Shown: positions 12,200 to 26,800 of the stretch, piece after piece
Numbering within the stretch: position 1 is the first letter of the stretch
Layout: the number at the start of each line of letters is the position of its first letter
DNA from: the human T2T-CHM13v2.0 reference genome, Homo sapiens
Assembly (NCBI RefSeq): GCF_009914755.1
Contig: NC_060932.1
DNA length: 64,000 bases
Strand: one strand, 5' to 3'
Notes under the pieces: generated by a model
Seen by the model: the letters and a program-made list of their open reading frames with translations, nothing else
Told to the model about the DNA's origin: nothing
The model's database searches: none
Made by a program: the position numbers and the translations under genes

Positions 12200-13165
12200 G
12201 GGTTGCACCTCTTAATACCAACACAATGGTGATTAGGTTTCAATATGAATTTTGGAGGGACACAAACATTGTACCACACCATTCTGCCCCTGCCCGTCCC
12301 CAAACTCATGTCTTTCTGACATTTAAAATAAATTCATTCCATCTCAAAACTCTTAACTTCAGTTAAGTCTTAACGTAGTTCCAGCATCAAAAGTCTAAAA
12401 TCCAAAGTCTTATCTAAATATCACGTAAAACAGATATGGATGAAACTCAAGGTAAGATTTATTCTGAGGCAAATTTGTCTCCAGCCATGAACGTGCAAAA
12501 TCAAACAAGTGACATGCTTCCAAAATACAATGGTGGGACAGGCGTAAGATAAACATGCTTATTTCAACATAGAGAAATAGGAAGGAAGGAATGACAGGCC
12601 CTGATCAAGTCCAAAACCCAACAGGGCAAACATTAAATCTTAAGTCTCCAAAATATTTTTTAATCCATGCCCCACATTCTGGACACACTGGGGTGGGGCT
12701 TGAACCCCCAAGGTTTTTGGCAGCCCTGCAGCCCTCCCTCCTGGCTTTGCTATATGCACCTCTCACAGGCTGGAGTTGCCTGCTGGTGGCTCTACTGGTC
12801 TGGGGTCTTCAGGGCAGCCCTGCTTTTATGATGCCACTGAGTAATGCTCTCTCCAGTGACCCCTGCCACACCTGTGGCTGTTTTCTGCCTCTGTCCTACG
12901 TCTGTCTGAGGCATCCTTTGAAATCTAGGTGGAGGCAACCACATCCCTCCAAAGCCCGTGTGGAAATGATACCGTACAGATGCTGCCGAGGTTTACCGCA
13001 TATGCCTTCCAGAGGGGCACTCTGAACTGGTCCTGGGCCTGCTTGAGCCAGAGCTGTAACAGCCAATGCAGGCCCAAAACTGGAATCCTGAGAGCAAAGC
13101 CTTGAAATCATTCTGCTCCCAAGACCCTGGTGTTCTGGACCTGTGGTGGATGAGACATCCATGAA

Positions 13166-14164
13166 TGTAGGGTCCAGCCCCACAGGGTCGGTGGGTTTTC
13201 TCTCATGTGTGGAGATGAGAGAGTGTGGAAATAAAGACACAAGACAAAGGGATAAAAGACAGCTGGGCCTGGGGGACCACTACCACCAAGACGTGGAAAC
13301 CAGTAGTGGCCCCGAATGCCAGGCTGCACTGATATTTATTGGATACAAGACAAAGCAGCAGGATAAGGAGTGTGAACCATCTCCAATGATAGGTAAGGTC
13401 ACGTGGGTCACGTGTCCACTGGACAGGGGGCCCTTTCCTGCCTGGCAGCCGAGGCAGAGAAAGAGAGGAGAGAGAGAGAGAGAGACAGCTTACGCCATTA
13501 TTTCTGCTTATCAGAGACTTTTAGTACTTTCACTAATTTGCTACTGCTATCTAAAAGGCAGAGCCAGGGATACAGGATGGAACATGAAGGCGGACTAGGA
13601 GCATGACCACTGAAGCACAGCATCACAGGGAGATGGTTAGGCCTCCAGATAACTGCGGGCGAGCCTGACTGATGTCAGGCCCTCCACAAGAGGTGGAGGA
13701 GTAGAGTCTTCTCTAAACTCCCCTGGGGAAAGGGAGACTCCCTTTCCCGGTCTGCTAAGTGGCGGGTATTTTTCCTTGACACTGATGCTACCGCTAGACC
13801 AAGGTCCACTTGGCAGCAGGCGTCTTCCCAGACGCTGGCGTTACTGCTAGACCAAGGAGCCCTCTGGTGGCCCTGTCCGGGCATAACAGAAGGCTCGCAC
13901 TCTTGTCTTCTGGTCACTTCTCACTATGCCCCCTCAGCTCCTATCTCTGTACGGCCTGGTTTTTCCTAGGTTATGATTGTAGAGCAAGGATTATTATAAT
14001 ATTGGAAAAAAGAGTAATTACCACAAACTAATGATTAATGATATTCATATATAATCATATCTATGATCTATATATAGTATAACTATTCTCATATATTGTA
14101 TTATACTGGAACAGCTCGTGCCCTCGGTCTCTTGCCTTGGCACTTGGGTGGCTTGCTGCCCAAA
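13166..14164 (-). mobile_element. LTR13 (ERVK) solo LTR
   Basis: Reverse complement reads ...GGGCAGCAAGCCACCCAAGTGCCAAGGCAAGAGACCGAGGGCACGAGCTGTTCCAGTATAAT; about 1 kb; 6-bp TSD CATGAA at 13160-13165 and 14165-14170. Confidence 0.88.
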
Positions 14165-15779
14165 CATGAAAGTCTCAGAAATGCCCTCAAGATCATTCCT
14201 CCATTGTCTTAATAAATAACACACAGTTTCCTTCTGTCCATACTAATCTCGTTATCAAACATTTGCTTGACCACACCTTTGGTGTCTCTCCTGGACACAC
14301 TTTCACATTCTTTACAATATTGTCAGGCTCAGAATTTTCCAAATATTCAAGTTTTGCTTCCCTTTTGATGATAAATTCTGTCTTTAATTCATGACTCTCT
14401 TCTTGCATTTCACTAAAAGCAGTCAAGAGAAGCTGTGCCACACCCTGAACACTTTGCTAAGAGATTTCTTCTGCCAAATATTCTACCTTGTTGCTGATAA
14501 CTTATTCCTTCTACGAAAGGCTAGAACATGAACACAATTCAGCCACAATTTGCCACTTAGTAACAAGGATTGCCTTTCCTTCAGTTTCTGATAATCTGTC
14601 CCTCATTTCTGTCTGGTACTTCATAAGAATGGCCTTTACTGTCCATGTTTATACCCAGATTTTGATCATGACCACTTGGATAATCTCCAAGAAGACTGAG
14701 GATTTTCTCTATAGCTCTCCTCTTCTTCTGAGCCCTCACCAGATTAGCCAATGTTTGATTAGAGCCTGTTCCTCACAGATGACACCTTCTATGTGTACTC
14801 ATGTGGCAGAAGGAGCTAGAATGCTCCTTTCAATCTCTTTTATAACAGCATTAATCCCATTTATGAGGATGGAACTTTCATGATCTAATTACTTCCCAAA
14901 GGGCCCCACCTCTTAATACCAACGCAATGGAGATTAGACTGCAACATTTTGGAGGGACATGACATTCAGACTATAGTAATAGCTTAAAACTCTTCTATTA
15001 TAAAACACTTCATCTGATTCTCTGGCTGTTCAGGTTTTAAAAAAATTAAAATTAAAAAAACACTTTTAAATCCTGAATGAAAAAATATCTTAAATCCTTT
15101 CCCACTCTATGCCAAGTTAACACGAACATTTCAGAGGCCAAAAATAAAATGGGAACTGGATCATGATTCAACATGGTAGTTAAGTCAGGAGGCTGAAAGC
15201 TTCCTTGAGAATGCTTGCTTTTGTCTAATTATCTTGTGCCACATGTAGGGGATAAGAGACAAGGCAACGGATGTCCATAAGATAGGAAGTTAAAATAAAA
15301 AAAACACATAAATTAGGAGCTTAGGAAGGGATATATCTTAAATACTGAACTAGGAAGAAAGACACACTCTGCACAACCCTGTCTGCCTCACTATTGGCTC
15401 TGCATGAGGTACAAATAGGAAGAGAAGTTTCACCTCAGAATCCAGAAACTTCCAGAGTACAGGGTTTGTATTTATATTACTAGTTAAATATACTAAACTC
15501 TAAACCAAGAAACAAATGTAAGGTAATAATGGATTGGTTTCACTCTATAGATGCCTGGAAATCAAAGGAAAATTCTCTCTGAAGGGATAGACTCTGAGTC
15601 CAGAAATCATAGAATTCTCACAGATACTATCTCCATAAATCTGCTATAAATCAAAATTTACAAAAGAAAAATAAAAACAAGAAGCAATGAGTGAGTAGAA
15701 TTAGAGCATAAAAGGTTTTAAACATTGGAAAAAATAGATACCAAATACAAAATAAGTTTCCTTAAAGAAATAAAAGATC

Positions 15780-15910
15780 AGCTGGGCATGGTGGCTCATA
15801 CCTGTAATCCCAGCACTTTGGGAGGCCGAGTCGGGAAGATCGCTTGAGCCCAGGAGTTAGAGACAAGCCTGGGCAACACAGGAAGACCCCAACTTTGTTT
15901 TATAAAAATA
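15780..15910 (+). mobile_element. Alu left monomer (FLAM-like)
   Basis: GCTGGGCATGGTGGCTCATACCTGTAATCCCAGC..., single arm. Confidence 0.85.
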
Positions 15911-16718
15911 AAATAACTTTAAAGAAAGAAAAAACATCATAGAAAGCATCAGGAAAGAATACAATACCATCAGAAAAATATTGGGCAGACTTGACCCCCC
16001 CAAAATTAAAAAAAAGTCTAAAGAGAACATCCAGAAGTAAAAAAATATATAACCATCATATGTTAAAACTCAAGGGATAAATTAAATAACAGATTAGACA
16101 CAGATGAAGAGAGAATAAGAAACTGGAACATGAGCTGAAGAAACTACTCAAATGTGACCCAGAGATAATAAGAGTTGGAAAATACAAAGAATAAACTAGA
16201 AGACAGGGAGAATAGAATTAGACAGTCTGATATAGAAATAAGCAGAATTTCAGAAGAAGAGAGTACAGACAATATTTGAAGAAATAACAATGAGTGGTTT
16301 TTCCAAAATTGATTAAAGACATGAATACTCAGATAAAGTAATCATATTGAGGCACATTCAGAGTATCACTTCAGGACTCCAAAGCCAAGAGGAAAATTTA
16401 AAACCTGCCAGAGAGAAAAGACATACATCTAAAAAATAAAACAATTACACTTGCACTGACTTCTCAATTTGATTATGGAAGTTAGAAGATGGTGTACTAG
16501 TGTCTCCAAAGTGTTGAAAGAAAATGACAAGAAATTAAGGTAGAATTGAATATTTGAATAAAGGCATTTTCTGATAAATACAAAACTGAAATTGTTTACC
16601 ACTGCTCAGCCATTACTAAAAGAACTCCCAAAATATTCTTTAAAAGGAGTGAAAATAATATCAGACAGGCAGATGGAATGAAAGAAGGAATCATAGAAAA
16701 AGATATATTAATATGTGG

Positions 16719-17091
16719 TGTTATGGATTGAGTTGTGTGGTTTTTCCTACCCACCCCACAAATTCACATATTGAAGCCCTAACCTCCAAAATGGCCGCAT
16801 TTGGAGTAAGTAATTAAGGTTGAATGAGGTCATAGGTGTTAGCCTCCGATCTGGTAAAATTAGTCTCCTAATATGAAGAGCCACCAGAGAGCTCCTTCTC
16901 TCTCCACCATGTGAGGACATCATGACAAGTTGCCATCTATGAACCAGAGAGTGAGCCCTCACCAGATACTGAATCTGCCTGCACCTAGATCTTGGACTTC
17001 CCAGCCTCCAGAACTGTGAGAAATAAATGTCTGTTGTTTAAGCCCCCCAGTTTGCGGTAATTTATTATGGCAGCTAAAGAAGACTAAGACA
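16719..17091 (+). mobile_element. MaLR LTR (MLT1A/B-like)
   Basis: TGTTATGG...GGACTTCCCAGCCTCCAGAACTGTGAGAAATAAATGTCTGTTGTTTAAGCC...ACTAAGACA. Confidence 0.85.
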
Positions 17092-17276
17092 TACGGAAAA
17101 ATCAAAACTATCACTGAATAGATAGCACAATAAGAATTTCCAATTTATGGAGGCTTAAAGAAAATAAGAGTGATAATACTAGACACATGTGGCATAAAAG
17201 GAAAGAGGGAGGTGATAGAGTTGTTCTGTAGTTTTTGCAGAGTTCACAAGGAGGTTCAGATATACTGAAAAAATGT

Positions 17277-17603
<327 letters not shown>

Positions 17604-17791
17604 TTAGACATAAAGAGCAAATTCCAAAATGCAAAATGATAGAAATCCAGTTTTAAACTTCTATGTATGTGTAGAAAAATAAGAGATCAATATTGAATGG
17701 TGAAAAGCATAAAAGAAATAAAAAGAACTAAACAAGATGATAGAAATATATCCTTATTCCTTAGCAGTGACAACAAATAAAATCACCAGTT

Positions 17792-18012
<221 letters not shown>

Positions 18013-18487
18013 TCACCAGTTTGAAGCTAATTATTATACTGATTTTTTGTTTTAATCCATAAAAAGATACACACAAAGCATAAGACCACAGAAAAGTTAA
18101 TCATACAAAAAATGGCAGAAGATATAGTGGACTTATACTATTAATATGAGATAAATAGACCTCAAGGCAAAAAGTATTAATAGACATAAATGACAAAATA
18201 TTCAAGTCACTATAAAAATATGTTAACAATTTAGAATTATGTCTTCCAGAGGTGTTTCAATATAAGGAAGTAAAAGATGTTGTAAATACGGGGAAAAATT
18301 GACAAAACTGACAATGTAATGAAATATTTTAACACACATTGCTCAATAATTGATAGATCTAGAATGCAAAGTATAGTGAAAACACTGAACAAGATAACTG
18401 ACAAGACTGACTGAATATACATATGTGGGACCTTGCACCCAACAATTACAGATCAGGCCTTCTTCTCAAAGATGGAAAACTACCCAG

Positions 18488-18738
18488 AGCTTTGAGGGGC
18501 TGAGGTAGGAGTATTGCTTGAGCCAAGGAGTTTGAGACCAGCAAGGGCAAGATGACAATACCCCATCCCTACAAAAAATTTTAAGATACCTGAGTGTGGT
18601 GTTGCATGCCTATGGTACTAGCTATTTGGGAGGCTGAGGCAGGAGGGTTGATTGAGCCCAGGAGTTCGAGTTACAGTGAGGTATGATTGGGCCACTGCAC
18701 TCCAGCCTGGGTGACAGAGCAAAACCCTGTCTCTAAAA
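18488..18738 (+). mobile_element. AluJ-like element, 5'-truncated
   Basis: GCTGAGGTAGGAGTATTGCTTGAGCC...CCACTGCACTCCAGCCTGGGTGACAGAGC. Confidence 0.85.
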
Positions 18739-18942
18739 CAATTGGAGGAGGGAACCAAACTGAAAATTTTAAAATACTTTAAATTGAACAGTTAAAAATC
18801 TATACCAAAATGAAAAAAAAAAAAACCTTCAGGGTAAAGCTAAAGCAGTACTCAAGGAGAAATTTATAAGCAGTTAGAAATTTAAATGTTTATAATAGGA
18901 GAGAAGAAAATTGGAAAATTAATACATTAAACATTCGATTTT

Positions 18943-19240
18943 GCCAAGCGTGTGAGCTCACGCCTGTAATCCTAGCACTTTGGGAGGCCAAGTCTGGCGA
19001 ATCGCTTGAGCCCAGGAGTTTGAGACCAGTCTGGGCAACGAAATGAGACCCCATCTCTACAAAAAATGCAAAACGTAGATGGGCATGATGGCGCACACCT
19101 GTAGTCCCAGCTATTCAGGAGGCTGAAATGGGAGGATGCCGTGAGCCCAGGAGGTCAAGGCTGCAGCAAGCCGTGATCGTACCACTGCACTCCAGCCGGG
19201 CGACAAAGCGAGACCCTACTTCAAAAGCAAACAACAACAA
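18943..19240 (+). mobile_element. AluJ-like element
   Basis: Two-arm Alu with TTGAGCCCAGGAG (J-type) motifs. Confidence 0.9.
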
Positions 19241-19553
19241 AATTCCGCTTTAAAAGTCAGAAAGTAGGTATGAAGAAAATAACAAAGTGGTAGAAGTTAA
19301 TGAAATAGAAATCAAGGGTATGACAGAAAGGCCCAAGAGGTGAATTTAATGGCATATTAGACAATCAGAGAAAGGAAGAGTAAACAAGAAGAATGGTAGG
19401 TAGGAACCATCAGACTGAAGATCACAAAATTTAAAAAGAGAATGGAAAATACAGAAAAAGCCTTGGTACCTGGGACATGGAGACAAGGTCTGGCATAGTT
19501 GTATATAAGTCGATGTAATTATTGACTCTGTTTCTTCAGCCTTTGCTATACAT

Positions 19554-19865
19554 CAGCAGTCCCCAACCTTTTTGGTACCAGGGGCCAGTTTCATGGAAGA
19601 CAATTTTTCCATGGATGAGGCAGAAGGATGGTTTCGGGATGAAACTGTTCCACCTCAGATCATCAGATTCTCATAAGGAGCATGCAACCCAAATCCCTCA
19701 CATGCACAGTTTACAATACGGTTTGTGCTCCTACAAGAATCTGATGCCACTGCTCATCTGACAGGAGGCAGACCTCAGGCTGGAATCCTTGCTCGCCTGC
19801 CACTCACTTCCTGCTATGTGGCCTGGCTCCTCATAGGCCATGGACTGTGGAGTTGGGGACCCCTG
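19554..19865. mobile_element. MER1 (hAT-Charlie) non-autonomous DNA transposon
   Basis: TIRs CAGCAGTCCCCAACC / GTTGGGGACCCCTG; 8-bp TSD CTATACAT / CTATACAA. Confidence 0.9.
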
Positions 19866-22393
19866 CTATACAATACCCTCTGCCATGTAACTTTGCAGTT
19901 CCTCCAGCCAAAGACTTGGTTTAGTTCCCTGATATTCACGTTGGATACTGTCACATGACTTGCTTCAGGCAATGACATTAGCAGAAGTGACACAAGCAAA
20001 GACATGAGATGAGCTTGTGTGATTGGGATTTCTCTCGTGCCCCCACCATCATCCTGAGAAGAAAATGCTTCAGCTAGACCACTTGTACCAGGAGGAAGAG
20101 AGACGTGGGTTGTAGAACCATCCCAGTAGACTCAAGATCTGTAGTGAGAAGCGGAGCTACCCAGCTGAGCTGGGCCTACCCACAGATCCATGAGTGATAA
20201 TACAAAAATGGATGTTTCACATCAGTGGGCTTTGGGGCGGCTAATTATGCAGCAGTAGCTAACTGATAGACCATGGATCCACTAAGAGAAAGGGACAGAC
20301 ACAATATTTGAAGATACAGGAGATCATTTTTGAAAACTGATAGAAAATAACCACAGATTTGAGAAACTCTGAGAAACTGAAGCAGAATTGATACAAGGAA
20401 AAATCATACCTGGATACATCATTGCAAAACTTCTGAAACCCAAGAATAAAGAGAAAGTCTTAAAAGCAGTCAGAGCAAACAGCCACAATACTTAAAGGAG
20501 CAACAATAAGAATAATACCCGGGTTCCAAAAAGAGAAAGTAAGCAATGAGAAAAGACAATGGAAGAACATTGTGAAACTGCTGGAAGAAAATCACTGCTA
20601 ATTCTAGAGCGTTCTACAAAACAAAATACCCTTCAAAATGCAAAAGTAAAGACAAAGTGAAAGAAACACACTCTCATAGAATGTATCACCATCAGACCAC
20701 ACTAAAGGAAATCCTAAAGGTGGATGAAAAGTTATATCAAACATAAGCAATGGAAAGAATATTAGTTAATATAAATAAAAATCTATTGTATAAGACAATA
20801 ATAACAAGGACTTTAGGGATATAATATATAGAAGTAAAAAATCATACAGCAGATTTAATATAATGAATATAAGTAGTGTGAATAATTGTATGTGACCACA
20901 GTAACACAGAAGGTGACAGAGGAATGAAAGGAGTTAAAAGTATTCCAAGGCTCAAGCATTGTGCTAAGAGGCAATAAATATGAAAATGAATTAAAACAGT
21001 GTGTCCCAATAAAATGTATTTGAATTTCATATATATCTATGGAAGATGCTTTAAGTAAAAAAAAAAAAATTCACATTTAGATACTATAGTATAGTTTATT
21101 ATTTATTTATTAATATTCTACTTAATAAATAACATTCTTAGCTCACAGGTTGTAGGAACACAGGACTGCAGCTGGCTGTGGTCTCAGGTTTTGGTTTGCC
21201 AGCCCACGTATCAGGAAAATAGCAACCACACAAGGCAGCCACCACCACTCAGTCTGGGGTACAAAGGGGAGAATTAATAAAACTAATAAGCTGGAATTCA
21301 TGAAAATGAGTCACTCCCCAGGTGCCCCAGGGCGGCTGCCACACTGGGATCTGGCCTCTGAAGAGGGATGGCAGCTGCTGCCAGGGTCTGAGCTGGAAGG
21401 GCCTACGGCCTGAAACCCAGACCCCCGAGATGAGGTGTCCCTAGCAGTGGTTTGAGGTCTCTAGCGGGGAGATCAAGCTGATTCTGCAGAGTCGGGAACC
21501 AGCAACCCAGTTTTAGCAGCTAGGTGGGGAAGTGCCACTGCCAGGTGAACCAGCAGCATCCAGAGGACACGTGGCCCCAGTGGCAGGTAGACCGGAAGCC
21601 TGGGAAAGAAACCGGAAGCAAACTGAAAGGAGCACATTCCCCATCTTCCCCAGCCTTGCGTGCTTTCTCTGGTGCCCCTAGTGGGAGAATTTAGCACAGC
21701 ACCAGCTGGCCCAGCAGAAATGAGTTTGCGGAGCTAGGGCCAGCCACAGAGGTGGAGTGGGGATGGTTGGTGTGGAGCTGAGTCAACACCAGGCAAACAC
21801 TAAGTGAAAGAATCTGGCAGAGTTTCTACTGTCAGACAAAAGTGATGTTGATACAGGAAACATTACTATAATGGAGGGCTTTTCATAATTGCAAAAGGGT
21901 AAATCCAACAGGTGGATACAATAATTCTAAATGTGTATGCATCTGTTAACATAACCTCAAAATATATAAAGCAAACATTAACAGAAATAAAAGATGAAAT
22001 GGTAAATTTCAACATACTTCTTTCAGTGTGTGACAGAACAATCCAGCAAATTAATAAAAATATGCAATATTTGAACATCATTAACAACCTTGGCCCACTA
22101 ACATATACAGGGCACTGCACCGAACAACTAAAAAGTCACAATTTTTTCAAGTGTACATGGAATGTTCATCAAATTTTTGTCCATATGCTGGGGATAAAGC
22201 AAATCTCCACAATGTCAATGACTTGAAATCGTGTGGCAAGTTTTTGACCATAATGCAATTAAATAAAACACCGATATCAAAAAATAAAATATCCCCAAAG
22301 GTTTGGAAGATAAGAAATAAATTTATGCATATTCTAAGTCTCAGAAGACAGTCACAAAGGAAGTTGGAAAATATTTGTATTAAATTATACTGA

Positions 22394-22668
22394 GGCAAGG
22401 TACAGTGACTCATGCCAGTAATTCCAGCACTTTGGGAGGGTGAGGTGGGAAGGTTGCTTGAGCCCATGAGTTAGCAGCCTGGGCAACATAGTGAGAACCC
22501 GTCTCTACAGAAAATTTTAACAACTGGCAAGGTGTGGTAGTGCCCACCTGTAGTCCCAGCTGCTATGGAGGTGGAGGTGGGAGGATCACCTGAGCCCAGA
22601 AGGTTAAGGCTGCAGTGAGCCATGGTCATGCCACTGCACTCCAACCTGCATGACATAGTGTCCAAAAA
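22394..22668 (+). mobile_element. AluJ-like element
   Basis: Diverged two-arm Alu. Confidence 0.85.
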
Positions 22669-23306
22669 TAATTACACTGTTTCTCCAAAAAAGAATTATA
22701 CTGTTTACATGACCTATTATTACTTGCGGTATAGTGACAAAGATATGCTTAAGAGAAACTTGTGGTCTAAAATAATCCATTCATGGGAAAAATTCTTAAA
22801 GACAGAGAACTGAGTATCTACTTCAAGAAATTAGAAAAAGAATAGCAAATATATCCACAGAAAGAAGAAATTCAAACTAATAGAAAATTCATCAAAAAAT
22901 AAAAATAAAAGGTTGCTTATTTGAAAAAACTAATAAAACTTATAAATCCTTAGAAAGATTGATCATGAGTAAGAAGGCACAAATTATCAATATCAGGAAT
23001 AAAAAGATGACATCTCTAGACTAAAAAACATAAAAAGATACCATCTAGGGCTAGGTAAAAAGTTCTTAAAATTGACACCAAAAGCTGAATCCATAGAAGG
23101 AACAATTGATAAACTGGACCTCACCAACATTAAGACTTTTGCTTTGCTATTGACTCTGTTATTAGGATGAAAAGACAAGCTACAGACTAAGAGAAAATAT
23201 TTACAAGCCACAATCTGACAAAGAGTTTTATCTAAAATATACAAAGAACTCTTAAAACTCAACAGTAAAAAAAAAAAATCAATGAGAACATGGACAAGGC
23301 ATATAA

Positions 23307-23665
<359 letters not shown>

Positions 23666-23880
23666 ATCCTTATCCTTTATAAAATGCAAATTTAAGCCAC
23701 AATGAGATATCACCACATACCTATGAGAATGGCTAGAATAAAAAATAGTGACAACACCAAATCCTGAAAAGGATGCAGAGTAACTGGATCACTCATACAC
23801 AGCTGGTGAAAATTTAAAATGGTACAGCCACTATGGAAAACAGTTTGACAGTTTCTTATAAAAATGAACATACAACTACC

Positions 23881-26800
23881 ATGCATTTCATAACTCAAGT
23901 TCCACCCGACATTTGGAGAAAGGTTCAGAAACTGGAAGCTTACCCCAAGACACCTCAGGTGACGTGGATAGCGGAGGCCTTTAAGGTTTTTAACAATAAG
24001 GACCAGGCAGGGGAGGAAAAAAAGGATGAGAGAATGAAAAATCGGGCAAAAATTTTGGCTGCCATAATTACAGGTCTGCCTCAAGGTGACCCTAGGCAGG
24101 AGAAACACTCCAGACAAGGGGTGACCAGACCTCAACCAGCAGCAATAGGACTGAGGGACAACCAATGTTCTTATTATAAGAAAGAGGGGCACTGGAAAAG
24201 GGACTGTTCATTCCATCCTGTGAAGTCATGACAGCATGAATCTCCCCAACCCACTCCTCTTGATGCTAGTCTCTTGTATGAAAAGGCCACCCTCTCTGCT
24301 GGATGTAGCCCAAGTGCTCTCCCAGCTGCAGTCTTGAAGCGTTCTGTTGGCATCACCACCGCAAAGCCTCAGGTCACTCTCAATGTAGCAGGCAGGAAAC
24401 CTGAATAACTATTGGATACTGGGACCACCTACTCTGTCCTGACCCAACCTGTGGGACCTCTGCAATGCCAACTGTATGGTGATGGGAATAGATGGCCAGG
24501 AGAAGGTAAAATGATTTGCCTTTCCTTTGACTTGTGAAATTGGATTTAAGGGTATTACTCATTCTTTCCTATATATCCCTGAGTGTCCCCTTCCTTTAAT
24601 AGGTTATGATTTATTATCCAACCTGGGAGCCTCAGTTTCCCTCCAGGGGATGCAATATAAGTCTCAGTACCTCCGAGAAGAGAATCCATTTACTGGCCCT
24701 TCTGGCTCCCAAAGGTCAGAAGCTACCTCCTGTCCTGGAAGAGATAGTATGTCAAGTGGCAAAGTTTATATGGGATGCCAGTACTCTAAGACAAGCCATC
24801 ATTGCAGAGCCTATTAAGATAAAACTTAAGCCAAGTGTACCCTACCCATGCAAGCCCCAATACCCTTTGAGGACAGAAGACCTACAGGGAATACAGCTCC
24901 TCCTGGAAAAATTCCTACAGCACAGGCCTATTCAGCCCTGCCAGTCACCTTGTAATACCCCAATCTTGCCTGTGGAGAAACCAAAAGGGGAGTACTGGTT
25001 TAGGGTACTCCTTTTAGGAGTGAATGGCTTAGGGCAGTGAATGACTCAGTTGTTCCCAGTCATCCTATAGTTCCCAATCTATCCACACTCCTCTCTCAGA
25101 TCCCTAGGCGCACTCAGTTCTACATGGTGCTGGATCTAGAGGACACTTACTTTTGTATCCCATTGCATCCCAAATTCTCCTACATTTTTGCCTTTGAATG
25201 GAAGTATCCAGAGACCCAGGAAACTTCCCAATATACCTGGACAGTGCTACCCCAGGGGTTTCAGGATAGCTCCTACCTCTCTGGGAAGGCCCTGGCAAAA
25301 GACCTCAGAGATCTTAAACTTACAAGTGGAATCTTATTGCAATATGTGGATGATTTGCTTATTGCTAGTGAGGGCTTCCATAGTTTTCAAGAACATACTA
25401 TTAAAACCTTAAATTTCTTGGCTGAATGGGAATATAAGGTCTTCCCCTTAAAGGCCCAGATCTCCCAGACACAGGTTCGATGACTAGGGTTCATACTTAC
25501 CCCAGAAGCCAGGATGCTTGCCCCAGACTGAAAGCGGGCCATTGCTTCACTACTAGTCCCTGGTAGTAGAAGAGAGCTGCACGGATTTCTGCAGATGGCT
25601 GGCTTCTGCTGGGTTTAGATCCTAAACTTTGGCCTCATACTTAAACCCACTCAAGAGTGGAGAAAACCAATTATCCCACTGGGTAGAAGCCTGTCAGCAA
25701 GCATATGAAACCCTAAAATCTGAGTTAGGAAGGCCCCTGACCTAGGACTCCCACAATTGTAGAAGCCTTTCTTCCTATATGTATAGGAGAGGTTCAGGCC
25801 AGCCCTGGATGTCCTAATTCAGAATCTGGAGTCCATCCAATGGCCAGTGGTTACTTTCAAAGCAATGAGACCCAGTAGCCCAGGGAAGGCCAAGCTGACT
25901 TAGGGCAGTGGTGGCCACCAGCCTCCTGGTCAGAGAGGCCTCCCAACTCACATGAGGCCAACCCCTTCAGGTTGACACTCCTCACCAGGTCTGGAATGTG
26001 TTAGAAATAAAAGAGCACCACTGGCTGGGGAAGCCTAACTTTATAGCAGGCCCTGCTGCTAGACACCCTCGACTGAACCTTAAAGGTGTGTTAGACCTTG
26101 AATCCTGCTGCCCTGGTTCCCTCGCCCACTTCAGAGACACAAACACACTTGTGTGGAGACTTTAGAGCAGACCTATTCTAGACAAATGGACCTGCAGGAC
26201 TCCCCCTTAGAAAATACAGATAAAGAATTATTTACATCTGGGAACAGCTTTGTAGAAAATGGCATCCAAAAGACAAGCTATGCTGCTGTTGGCTTGAACC
26301 ACATTGTAGAAGCAAAAGCCCTTGCCCCAAGCACTTCCACTCATGAAGCAGAGCTCAAAGCCCTAGTCATGGCTCTTTAACTAAGGGAAGGAAAATACTT
26401 AATGTATATCCTGCCTCTAAGTATGGATTCCTAGTGCTCCATGTTCATGCAGCTGTCTGGAAAGAGAGGAGATTGTGGACTCCTAGGAGCTCCCCCATAA
26501 AACATAAAAAAGTGATTCTGTCCCTTCTTGAGGCAGTTCAGCTCCCTGCCCAGATAGCTGTCATGCACCATGAAGGGCCCCAGCAGGCAGTTCTTTAACC
26601 AGCCGAGGAGACAGCTGAGCTGGTGAAGCTGCCAAACAGGTGGCCCAGACAGAGCGGCTTGGCCCCTTGGCTCCTGTAACCCATGTTCCTACCATAGGAA
26701 GGAGGGGCACTGGGAAAGGGACTGCTCATTCCATCCTAGGAAGCTGGGACAGAATGAATCTGCCCAACCCACTCCTCCTGTTGCTAGCCGCTTCCTAGCC

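Larger units (their letters stand above)
11620..14978 (-). mobile_element. MaLR provirus remnant (MST/MLT1A-type LTR, internal region, partial second LTR)
   Basis: LTR about 11620-12280 (AGAAATTTATTGCTCACAGTTCTGG...), MaLR internal sequence, homologous LTR part about 14760-14978; interrupted by an Alu and LTR13. Confidence 0.75.

Noticed and set aside
24527-26380. ERV protease, RT and RNase H ORFs as functional genes
   Set aside because: Broken by multiple stops and frameshifts, with no LTR promoter; annotated as a remnant
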